A stretch of 64,000 bases of DNA, taken from positions 62,001 to 126,000 of the forward strand of contig JAANOX010000261.1 of assembly GCA_020184695.1 (NCBI GenBank), given 5' to 3'. The notes below the pieces were generated by a model, which worked only from the letters and a program-made list of their open reading frames with translations, had not been told where the DNA came from and did no database searches. Shown piece by piece: positions 1 to 9,559 of this stretch. Position 1 is the first letter of the stretch; each line of letters opens with the position of its first letter. The position numbers and the translations under genes were made by a program. The DNA comes from Histomonas meleagridis 2922-C6/04-290x (lineage: Eukaryota > Protista > Parabasalia).

Positions 1-3000
1 GTAGGAGGAATATATCATATTTTTCGACATACAACAACTGATCAAAAGCTTTTTATACAAGAGCTTCAAAGCTTTTTATCAGTATTTTTTATGCGTCATC
101 CGAAGATCTTTTTAAAATCATTAGATTTTCCCAATTCCAAATTTATGCAATTATTATTTGATTTTATTTATAAACTCCAAAATCCAAAAGAACTTGAAGA
201 CATTCAAATTCTTTGTATTTTGTTACCATATTGTAATTTTTTACCTATGGCAGAAGATTCAGAAAAAGTAATTTTCGATTACATCAAAAATTTTAATGAC
301 AAAAAAAGAAAAAACAAAGAGCCAGCAATACGTGGCTATTTAGAACTATTACAAACAATACAAATATGTCCAAAACGATTTTCACATATTAATTCATTGA
401 TTAAAGCAGTTAAATCTGAAATTGATGAATATTTTGTTAATAATCTTTTTAAGAAACAATATCGATCGATTGTACCAAAATATATTTCATTATCCATAAG
501 TAATAATAAAACACAAGAATTAAATTCATCATTATTGTCACTATTTAATGATGATATACAAAACCAAATTTTCTTTTGTGAATCCATAAATTATTTAATC
601 CAAAATTATCCTAAAGACAATTTAATTAATTTTGATATAATCAACATACTTTTCGATAAAGTTATGAAAAACTTGAACCTAATTGTAAAGAACCCAAAAG
701 AAATCGATAGTTCAATCATTGAATTTTTAAGGTTATTTTGTAATACTGTAATAGGTAATTTTAAACTAGATAAAAAAATAGATTTTTTAAAAATAATTGC
801 AAAAGAAGTATCAAGTGTAATAAAACTCTTTTCAATTGTAAGTTTATTAATACGAACTTCAATTTATATAAATGATCCTGAAACACAAAATATTTTTTTA
901 AGTTTTTCTGATGAAATTTTTAAATGTCAATCAATTTGGATGGCGACATTAACATCAATTAATTTAAAACATTTACAGCCAATTCTTTTTATGATACGAA
1001 AATCATTTTCGAAAGTATTTAAAGCAAATGCTTTTAATAGTGGATTTTTCATATGGAATTTAGAGAATGTATTTTATCATTATTTAAAATTTATAAAAGA
1101 AATTATTGTAGTGATTACAGATTCGGCTGAAACTAGTCAAGAATTCATTAATAAAATTACTATAATATATATAAAAATGAAAGTAATAACAAATCATCCA
1201 CAAGTAAACAAATGTGGAAAAATATTACAAAATATTATTAAGTTTTGGAACTTACAGCCAAAAATTCAATGGGAAAACATTGATATTGTTGATGAATCAA
1301 TTATTAAAGGATCAATATCATTCTTGTTTAAATGTTGGGTTAATTTGTTATGTAAAACTTCTGGTGAACCATTAAATATAATAAATGTTCCATTAATCGA
1401 AACATTAGAAGTTCCACTTGAGCCTATATTAATACATATAACAAGATTTTTATGTATGTTTTGTGATAATTTTAATACAGATCCAGAAGGCTCTAATTTA
1501 TATCAAATCTTTTCTGATTTTTCTATTTCTTATATACTATCTAAACCGAAATATATTGAGGAATTTATTAATGAGTTTCAAAATATCCCTGTGATAGCTG
1601 TTGTGCCTTTTTTATCAATAGTATATGAAAAAATTAATAAAATCGATATATCGAAAGAAAAACATTTAATTTTATTACTAATAAAATTAGCATCACATGA
1701 AAATTTAAAAATTTCAGGATTTAATTATTTTGAAGAAAGTTTATTATTAATGGTACAAAAGTTAGCATTTAATGAAAATATTTTTTTGGAAAATGAATAT
1801 ATTTTATTAGTATTAAAGTTTATTCATGTTTTATATTCTGGCAAAACTATATGTAAAGTGTTTAATCGAATTATAATACTTTCGACTATATTAGAACTTT
1901 CTTTTGTAGCACATAAATCACATGATATTATATTTTTTGATTTCATTAAAATATTACCATCAATTTTTAATGAGTTTAAATATACTTTTAAAACTATTTC
2001 TAAAGGAATTTCGAATTTTGATGATGAAAATTATTCGAAAAAACGTCTTTATTCGATATTAAAAATGTTAATTAAGTTATATGAAATATCTTTTGATTTT
2101 GATGAGAAAATTAATTTTTCTTTTGATTATAAAGAAATGAACATTAAAAAATATTTTTTAAAATCATTTCAAAATATATTAAAAAATAATTTTGATATAA
2201 TTCGTGGAATTTATATTTGGTTATATACCAAAAGTTCGAATCCAAAAATTAAAAAAATGATAATAAAATCATTGATTTATGTATTAAGTTGTAAAGATAA
2301 TCAAATCACTAATAAATCGAAATCAAGAATATTAAGTGATGATGACTTTTTATTATTAAGAAATAAAAATAATGATTCATTACCATTTTATCATTCTTCA
2401 ATTTCGATAATATCTGCACAAGGTGAAAGTAAATTATTATTTAAATCGATGTGTAAACATTTTGATGAAGTTCATCCGAATTTTTTCATTGCATTTTTTA
2501 GATATGCAGTTTTAAAGCAAAAATCTTTTTTGGAAAAATTTTCTTCAAATTATTTAAGAGGTAATTTACAAAAAACAATTGAAAGTTTTAAGCCTCATAT
2601 TTCATTTTTATATTATTTAAAATTGTTTTCTAAAATCACAAAGAAGAAAATCCAATTTCCTTTGGAAATGTATTTTTTAAGGCCTTTATATGATAATCCT
2701 TTATTATATCAAATCGAAATGAAAAAATTCAACTTTAAAATTGATCCGTTTTTATTACAATTATATAAAGATCCAAAAATTGAATTATATTTCTCAAATA
2801 TAATGAACACGAAAATTGATTTTTTCGATATATCACCAAATGTTACAATAGAAAATATTAAAATCGTTTCACATTATATCGATCAAATGCCTTCTTTATA
2901 TGATTATATTAATATTCCAAATGAAAATCCATATCAAAAACAATTAGAAGAGTTATTAAGTTATCAATTTTTCTTTAACATTGATAAAGATGATAAACTA

Positions 3001-5538
3001 AAAGAAAATTGGTTATTAATAATGGATAAAATTCCTGAAAAAGTCATTGAGAAGAAACAAAATTTATTAATTTTGTTTTTAAATCTTCATTTCAAGAAGA
3101 ACACGAAAATTAATTTATTTGTTAATTTACAAAACAGTCAAAATCATCAAATACTTAATTTGATAACAAATAAATTAATTAAAATTCTTAATAATGTTTA
3201 TTTGTTATTTGTTCCATTTGGATACCTTTCGATAATAACAAAAACTTTTACACAAGAACAATTAAAATTAATATCTGTTCCTTCAACTTTAATCATGTTT
3301 TCTAATTTAATTTTTAATTTTTATATCGAAAGTTTTCCTTTTGAGATATTATATAAATATAAAGATCGTGATTCATATTTTGGTGTATTTGATGATTATT
3401 TTTCATTTAATACATTAGTCCAATTTAATGGTAAAAATTGTCTTGAACAAGTGATATTTAATGTTAATGATATTAAACAATATTCATTAACAGAAAATGA
3501 TTTCATAATCGAAACAAAAAATCGAATAAAACTTACAATACATAATGTTGATCCACAAAGTCAAATATATCATTGTATTAAACAACGTAAAACTTATTTA
3601 AATTATGTAGAAACACCTTTAATGTTTGATGAGAATGATCCTTTTTTATCTATCATTAGTATATCTTTATTAAATTTCACATATAATCGGAATTTAATGT
3701 ATTCGATGTTATGGAATTCATTACAACGAATTGATAAAAGTTCATATTTTCCATTTGACTTTGATTTAAGTGATAATTATTCATTACATTTTAATGGAAT
3801 ATCAAAATATTTGATAAGTAAAAACATATTCCCAAAAATATTTTCGATAATGACAACTTTGACATTAATTGATCCTAAAAACACATTACATAATTTGTTT
3901 TTATTAACAAATGAATTTCTTTCACTTGATTTAAGTAAATATATATTTGCAAATGTATCGAAAAGATTATTAAACATTTATAAGGCAGTACCTGAATTTA
4001 ATGATTATATGCATTTATATATCTTTAGAAATTATGAAAATAAAAGATTTACTGAGGCAATTCTTCCATTAATTTTCACTTTGATTGATAATGTCGATGA
4101 ACAATTTAAAATTATCGAAAGTATTTCAACTAAAAATTCAAAAATAGTTAAAGAATTATTAGTAGATAGATTCCTTTATAATGATTTGATTAGAAGACCT
4201 TTATATCATCAAATTATTCCAAAAGAATTTTATCCAAAATTGGAATTAATGAATTTCTTGTTCGATGAAACGTTTTTCTTCATTATGTTCCTATCGTCCG
4301 TCTCACAACAGAAGTATTCAAAAAGTTTCATTGCAGCTTTGGTATCGTTTTTGAAATTCCATAAAATTGAATCCAATGAAAAAGTTTCCGAAATGAAAGG
4401 ATTCGAAATCATTGAATTCGGTAAGAAAATAATTGAAACGAAATTTAATAAAGAACAAAAAGAAAAAATTGATAAACTCTTCAAAGATTTGGATTATAAA
4501 TTAACACCTAATGTATGGTATATGAAGAATATAATTAGTTATCAAGAACTTATAATTGTTATAACGAATTCAATACTTCCGAAAATGAATACTTTACGCG
4601 TCGACTTTTGTTTTACGAAAATAATAGAAAAAGTCAAAAGTGACACCAGTAATGAAATTTATTCATCGATCATATATTGGGTATCTATACCTTTTATCAT
4701 ATTTGATTATGATGAATCAACAATTGAGAACACTAATGTTATAAATAATTCGTTGGAATTAATGAAATCTGTTATCACATATTCACGGAAACAATTAAAC
4801 ATTAATTCACTTAAGTTCTTTTGCGATATGATATTTTTAAGTAAAAACTTAAAGAAATCGATTGAACAATTTGGTGAAGAACTTCATTTAGACTTCATTG
4901 ATAATATTTATTGTTCTTTATCATCGATTTTAGTTCGATTTTTAACAGACAATGGAATAAAAGAAAACGCAATGAATTTAATAAAAGAAATTATCTTTTT
5001 AACAGAAGAAAAAGATAACATTATATATTTTTTGATACTCTTAATCACATTTAGTGATGACGATCTTAAACTTATAATAAATCGAATTTATGACGAGAAA
5101 ATTTCTTCGAATGAAAAAGCGGAAGAAAAATATTTCGAAATTTTGGAATTAACATTCTCCAAAATGAGCGAAGATAACCAAATTTGGATAATTCGCTTCT
5201 TGATTTGGAGTTTGGAGGAGAAAACGGCGCAAAGAAGATTCCTTTTAAACGCAAATTCTTTGTTGCGAATTCTCGAAATTAACAAAAATTTGATTTGTGT
5301 CTTTAAAGAAGACATTTTCAAAAAGGTTTTCGCGTTGTTAAATAATTCATTGGATAAAAATGATATTAAAGTCTTGTCGAAGATTTCGGCACTGATATTT
5401 TGTTGTAACGATGTTGAAAAAAAGGAAAAAATCGAAATGCCGTTCCCAAAGAAAATTGATAAGTTGAAATTCTTCTCGTTTTGTACACAGATTTTCGAAA
5501 GCGTAATTGACGCGATGAAAAATGTTTTCGTTATTTAG
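1..5538 (+). CDS. Large hypothetical alpha-helical protein, 5'-partial (frame is open from base 1, so it starts upstream of the window)
   Basis: 1815-aa ORF from ATG 91; frame 1 has no stop from 1 to 90; no family motif recognised. Confidence 0.85.
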   Translation, partial: VGGIYHIFRHTTTDQKLFIQELQSFLSVFFMRHPKIFLKSLDFPNSKFMQLLFDFIYKLQNPKELEDIQILCILLPYCNFLPMAEDSEKVIFDYIKNFNDKKRKNKEPAIRGYLELLQTIQICPKRFSHINSLIKAVKSEIDEYFVNNLFKKQYRSIVPKYISLSISNNKTQELNSSLLSLFNDDIQNQIFFCESINYLIQNYPKDNLINFDIINILFDKVMKNLNLIVKNPKEIDSSIIEFLRLFCNTVIGNFKLDKKIDFLKIIAKEVSSVIKLFSIVSLLIRTSIYINDPETQNIFLSFSDEIFKCQSIWMATLTSINLKHLQPILFMIRKSFSKVFKANAFNSGFFIWNLENVFYHYLKFIKEIIVVITDSAETSQEFINKITIIYIKMKVITNHPQVNKCGKILQNIIKFWNLQPKIQWENIDIVDESIIKGSISFLFKCWVNLLCKTSGEPLNIINVPLIETLEVPLEPILIHITRFLCMFCDNFNTDPEGSNLYQIFSDFSISYILSKPKYIEEFINEFQNIPVIAVVPFLSIVYEKINKIDISKEKHLILLLIKLASHENLKISGFNYFEESLLLMVQKLAFNENIFLENEYILLVLKFIHVLYSGKTICKVFNRIIILSTILELSFVAHKSHDIIFFDFIKILPSIFNEFKYTFKTISKGISNFDDENYSKKRLYSILKMLIKLYEISFDFDEKINFSFDYKEMNIKKYFLKSFQNILKNNFDIIRGIYIWLYTKSSNPKIKKMIIKSLIYVLSCKDNQITNKSKSRILSDDDFLLLRNKNNDSLPFYHSSISIISAQGESKLLFKSMCKHFDEVHPNFFIAFFRYAVLKQKSFLEKFSSNYLRGNLQKTIESFKPHISFLYYLKLFSKITKKKIQFPLEMYFLRPLYDNPLLYQIEMKKFNFKIDPFLLQLYKDPKIELYFSNIMNTKIDFFDISPNVTIENIKIVSHYIDQMPSLYDYINIPNENPYQKQLEELLSYQFFFNIDKDDKLKENWLLIMDKIPEKVIEKKQNLLILFLNLHFKKNTKINLFVNLQNSQNHQILNLITNKLIKILNNVYLLFVPFGYLSIITKTFTQEQLKLISVPSTLIMFSNLIFNFYIESFPFEILYKYKDRDSYFGVFDDYFSFNTLVQFNGKNCLEQVIFNVNDIKQYSLTENDFIIETKNRIKLTIHNVDPQSQIYHCIKQRKTYLNYVETPLMFDENDPFLSIISISLLNFTYNRNLMYSMLWNSLQRIDKSSYFPFDFDLSDNYSLHFNGISKYLISKNIFPKIFSIMTTLTLIDPKNTLHNLFLLTNEFLSLDLSKYIFANVSKRLLNIYKAVPEFNDYMHLYIFRNYENKRFTEAILPLIFTLIDNVDEQFKIIESISTKNSKIVKELLVDRFLYNDLIRRPLYHQIIPKEFYPKLELMNFLFDETFFFIMFLSSVSQQKYSKSFIAALVSFLKFHKIESNEKVSEMKGFEIIEFGKKIIETKFNKEQKEKIDKLFKDLDYKLTPNVWYMKNIISYQELIIVITNSILPKMNTLRVDFCFTKIIEKVKSDTSNEIYSSIIYWVSIPFIIFDYDESTIENTNVINNSLELMKSVITYSRKQLNINSLKFFCDMIFLSKNLKKSIEQFGEELHLDFIDNIYCSLSSILVRFLTDNGIKENAMNLIKEIIFLTEEKDNIIYFLILLITFSDDDLKLIINRIYDEKISSNEKAEEKYFEILELTFSKMSEDNQIWIIRFLIWSLEEKTAQRRFLLNANSLLRILEINKNLICVFKEDIFKKVFALLNNSLDKNDIKVLSKISALIFCCNDVEKKEKIEMPFPKKIDKLKFFSFCTQIFESVIDAMKNVFVI

Positions 5539-5700
5539 TAAAAATTTAATTGTGGAAAATCTCATTAATTTATTGATGTGAATTTTCTTTGAAACTATTG
5601 GATAATATGATTTTACAAAATCTTTCGTTTTTGTGTATTGTTATAAAGATTATTCACTTTCCTTTTTCTAATTTGCAAGAGGAAGTCAAGCTGTCCTATC

Positions 5701-5916
5701 TAGTGTTCCCGAATTATTAATAATTACTTGTTTCATTGACAATTAATATTGGAAATAAAAAAGGAAAAAAATGATAATATTTCAGAACAAAGTGAAAAAG
5801 AAAATATTAACACATTTAAGGCACTAATATCTATTTTACACATTGAAGAAGATCCTTTTGCAGAAGATTTCAAATTTATTGTAAACAAAAATTTATCCTT
5901 TTTAAATCAGATTTAA
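5701..5916 (+). pseudogene. Orphan 3' remnant of a surface-protein gene (hydrophobic segment, basic stop-transfer, acidic tail EEDPFAEDFK)
   Basis: Tail resembles EDPFVEDFKE of the BspA genes in this window; stops and frameshifts in the hydrophobic part. Confidence 0.5.
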
Positions 5917-6010
5917 AAAATAAATCAGTAAATAAATTTCTTATTCATTATATGAATTCAACTAAAACATAATGCCTAAAAATTATTTGAATACAATACT
6001 TTATAAAATA

Positions 6011-8001
6011 TTAATTTTTACTTAAAAAGAAAATTATTAGGAACAAAACTATAATACAGCAAATTATGGATGAGTAAAAAATGGGGGATTTTTGCTCAAG
6101 TAAGAGTTTAACTATGTGTATATAACCATTTCCAGATGCAATCATAAGTGCTGTTTTAAATAATTTAAATAATTTCCAAATATTATTTCAATACATTAAA
6201 TTAAAAAATTAAATATTAAATAAAACAAATAAATATCTTTAGCATTAATATCAATTCCTTTTTGTTCAAGAAGTAATTTGGCGATTTCTGTATAACCATT
6301 CCTAGATGCCCAAATAAGTGCTGTTTCAAATATTTTGAATAATTGCCAAATATTATTTTGAAATCCAAAATTATTAAAATAAAATATAAATAAAACATAT
6401 AAATATCTTCTGCATTTACATCGATATCCTTACATTTCATAAGTAATTTAACAATTTCTGTGTAACCTTATTTAGATGCATTTATGAGAGGTTTCGAAAG
6501 TAATTTTAATAATACCCAAAAACAAATTTAAACTATAAAACTTTTTAATTAAATTTTATCTTCAGAATTGGCATTAATTCCTTTTTGCTTAAGCAAAAAT
6601 TCAACTAATTTAATGTTATTATTTTGAATTGCTTTATAAAGTGCATCAATAAATAATTATAATAATTCCCATTTTTGAATATAAAATTTCAAAATTTTAT
6701 AATAATTCTTATAAAAAGAAAAAAAATCTTTTATATTAATATCGATTATTTCATGTTTTGTTATGAACTTATATAGATCAGTACACTTTTCCTTTAGCCA
6801 TACGATTAGTTCCAATCGAAATATTAAGAAAAAACATCAAATAAATTTTTGAAACATAAAATTATATTAATGTGAACAAGATGCATAATAAGTAATTTTT
6901 TTGATTGTTAATATTGATCAATTTTTTATAGTATAAATATTTAAAAAGTTCTTTATTTCTCGATATAATAGATGAATTCAAAATTTTTTTAGGAAATTCA
7001 GTTCTTTCTGCAAAATATTCGACAAGAAAAATATTTCCAGTTCTTATTGATTTTCTTATAAACCTTTTATCAATATGCATTCCTTCTTTTATTAAAAATG
7101 CTAAAATTTCAAAGTTATAAAATGTAATACACGTTTTTCCTAATTTACTTATATCAATAACTTTATTGTTTTTATTTTCGTAAAGATAATAAAAGATATC
7201 ATTTCGATGAAATTCAATAGCTGTTTCATATGCATGTTTAAATGATGAATGATTTTTCTCACATAAATGAATTATCTCTAAATTTCCACCTGCAACAGCA
7301 TATTCAGCTGCATTTTTAATTTTAGATCCATTCATAAGTAAAAATTTAAAGCATTTAATTGATCTATAAAATGCTGCATAATTAATTAATGAAACCACAC
7401 TTTCATAAAGATATTCAAACCTTTCATAAGGTGATGGCTTAATTATTTGATTAAAATTAAAATTTATTTGCGATGATATTATTTGAAGTTTTTCGACATC
7501 ATCATTTCGAATGATTGTTGGAATTTCATTTGGGTTATTTCCTTCATGAATGAATTTCTTATGAAGTTCAAAATCATTTTTTGAAAGATCTTCATAATGT
7601 TTCATGAAAAAATTATTGAATGGATAGAAATCATCATTATCATCAAAGTAATAATCATCCTCTTCTTCTTCAAAATCATCATTATCATCATTATAATCAT
7701 TATCATCATTATAATCATTATCATAGCCACTATCCTCATATTCATCAGATTTATCTTGTTGCGAATAGTTTTCAAAACATTTAATATCTTCCTTTGATTT
7801 ATAATGAGCAAAATAAAGTGATTTCTTATTTCTAATTGTTTCTTGATCAATTAAATTATTTTCATACATTTTTTGAAGAAGATAATCTGATTCCTGTGTA
7901 TCAAGGTAAAATAAAAAACTTGAAAAAATTTCAACGACTTTATATATCTTTGTTTTGCTACCTTTAAAATATATTTCTTCTTTTGTTTGAAGTAATTCCA
8001 A
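6011..8001 (-). CDS. DUF3447-like ankyrin protein continued by ankyrin repeats whose junctions are split by 17-nt units; ends in a C-terminal transmembrane tail; possibly a pseudogene
   Basis: 379-aa ORF 6862-8001 has parabasalid DUF3447-type motifs (LINYAAFYRSIKCFKFLL, YAVAGGNLEIIHLCE). Downstream repeats joined by split junctions lead to LLLEQKSPIFYSSIICCIIVLFLIIFFLSKN*. In-frame TAA at 6468-6470; 5' end unresolved. Confidence 0.6.
6144..6407 (-). repeat. 264-bp inverted near-identical copy of 10131-10394
   Basis: Manual alignment shows one mismatch; covers two split junctions plus one ankyrin core. Confidence 0.9.
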
Positions 8002-8555
8002 GTAGTCAAAACATGTTTTTTTATAAAAAATTGGCCATCAGATTTTAAAAGATACTCTAAATATAGATTAAAGACATTGAATAAATTGAAAATATTTTGA
8101 AAAAATTGAACATTGTGTCGGGACGCCATTTGGTATTTTTGCTTGTTCAATAAAGCAATTTTATATCTTCATAACTACACATTCCCATTGGGTGTGACTA
8201 AGCTCACCATATCCTCTTCCGAAATATATGGCAAATAGTATAATTTTTATGTTAAAATTGAGCGAAATCATGATTTTTTTAAAAATAAATTCCGATAATT
8301 TAAATTTATTATCTTTACCGTATAGAGATTATTTTTTATTGAGAATTTCGAAAACTATTTTTTTGACAAGATATTTTCATTTTTTTGTGAGTACACCTAT
8401 ATCTTATTAAATGAGTTTTGCATGATTTTTTATTAACAAGTTTATTAATGCAATTTCTTTCTTTTTTGATTCTTTTCATCATTAGCCTTGGCCGATGACT
8501 GTATTCCTAAAGAATACATATTCCATATTGAAAATTCGATATAATAAAATTTTTA

Positions 8556-9314
8556 TTACGCAGCACGAAAACCTTCTTCTTCATAGGCATCATCTTCACT
8601 AGGGAATATCGCATTTCTTGTCTTCCTATAAATAAATCCTGTAACGAGGTAACCAATAAAAAGGCCGGCAAGGACATCATCTGTATGATGTCTATAGTCG
8701 CGAATTCTTGTTGCACCGATAATTAATGAAATTAAAATCAGAACGAATCCAATAAAAGATGCAATGCCATGACATCTCTTACATATATCTTGAACAAATA
8801 AGGCCAAAAAGTAAAAAGTTGACATTGATGTTGATGAATGCCCAGATGGCCAGGATTTAAATTGATCATCTTGAGTACTCTTTTTGACATTTGTGCAATC
8901 CTCGTATTGTGTGTTATTACCACATACTGCATAAACATCAGGACGAGGACGTCCAGCATATCTTTTGAGAATCTCTGTAGCTGATAGTGTATTCATAAGA
9001 CATATTACAAATACCCAAACAAGTGAAAATCCTCTAAAGTCAGCAAAATACTGTGGGAAAAATTTTTGCAAAAAAAACGCGCCAACGAAAATAACAATTG
9101 TAAAAATACCAATTAACAAACAAAGAAGCCACTCAGGAACACGATTAGTTTCCATGTGAGGAAACATTGAGAGAGAATCATTTTCGGGAACAAATAAAGG
9201 TTGCATTTTAAGTGTAAACATAAGAATACCCAGTACTATTATGGATACAATTGCAACAATAAGATTTGGGACATCAATTCTATTGCAAATATTCTTTTTT
9301 ACTGTAGTTTCCAT
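8556..9314 (-). CDS. PAP2-family lipid phosphate phosphatase
   Basis: Motifs KRYAGRPRP, PSGHSS, TRIRDYRHHTDDV plus multiple TM segments. Confidence 0.92.
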   Translation of the reverse strand: METTVKKNICNRIDVPNLIVAIVSIIVLGILMFTLKMQPLFVPENDSLSMFPHMETNRVPEWLLCLLIGIFTIVIFVGAFFLQKFFPQYFADFRGFSLVWVFVICLMNTLSATEILKRYAGRPRPDVYAVCGNNTQYEDCTNVKKSTQDDQFKSWPSGHSSTSMSTFYFLALFVQDICKRCHGIASFIGFVLILISLIIGATRIRDYRHHTDDVLAGLFIGYLVTGFIYRKTRNAIFPSEDDAYEEEGFRAA

Positions 9315-9408
9315 CCAAATGATTTGACTTCTATAACGATCCCATCGAATGAACCGAAAAAATAGCTAAACATAGAAATAAATATATATAAATATTCTTA
9401 AATAACAA

Positions 9409-9480
9409 GCGTTGCTAGTGTAGTGGTTATCATGCTAGCCTTCCAAGCTTGTGATCCGGGTTCGATTCCCGGGCAACGCA
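9409..9480 (+). tRNA. tRNA-Gly (anticodon TCC)
   Basis: GCGTTGC/GCAACGC acceptor stem, TAGTGGTT D-loop, CTTCCAA anticodon loop, GGTTCGATTCC T-arm, T-run terminator. Confidence 0.95.
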
Positions 9481-9559
9481 TTTTTATTTTTTAAACCCAA
9501 CCCCCAAAGAATCAAATAAAAATGCCACCATAAAAAAGGATACAAAAAATTGTCAAAAA

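Noticed and set aside
6468-6470. Stop-codon reassignment (TAA as sense) explaining broken genes
   Set aside because: Conserved genes such as histone H4, the protease and the ABC transporters end at TAA, and the junction breaks are frameshifts
7597-7850. Short ORFs rich in I/M or HNQIHL (also 20248-20620, 28926-29111, 51377-51622)
   Set aside because: Alternative-frame or antisense shadows of low-complexity coding repeats
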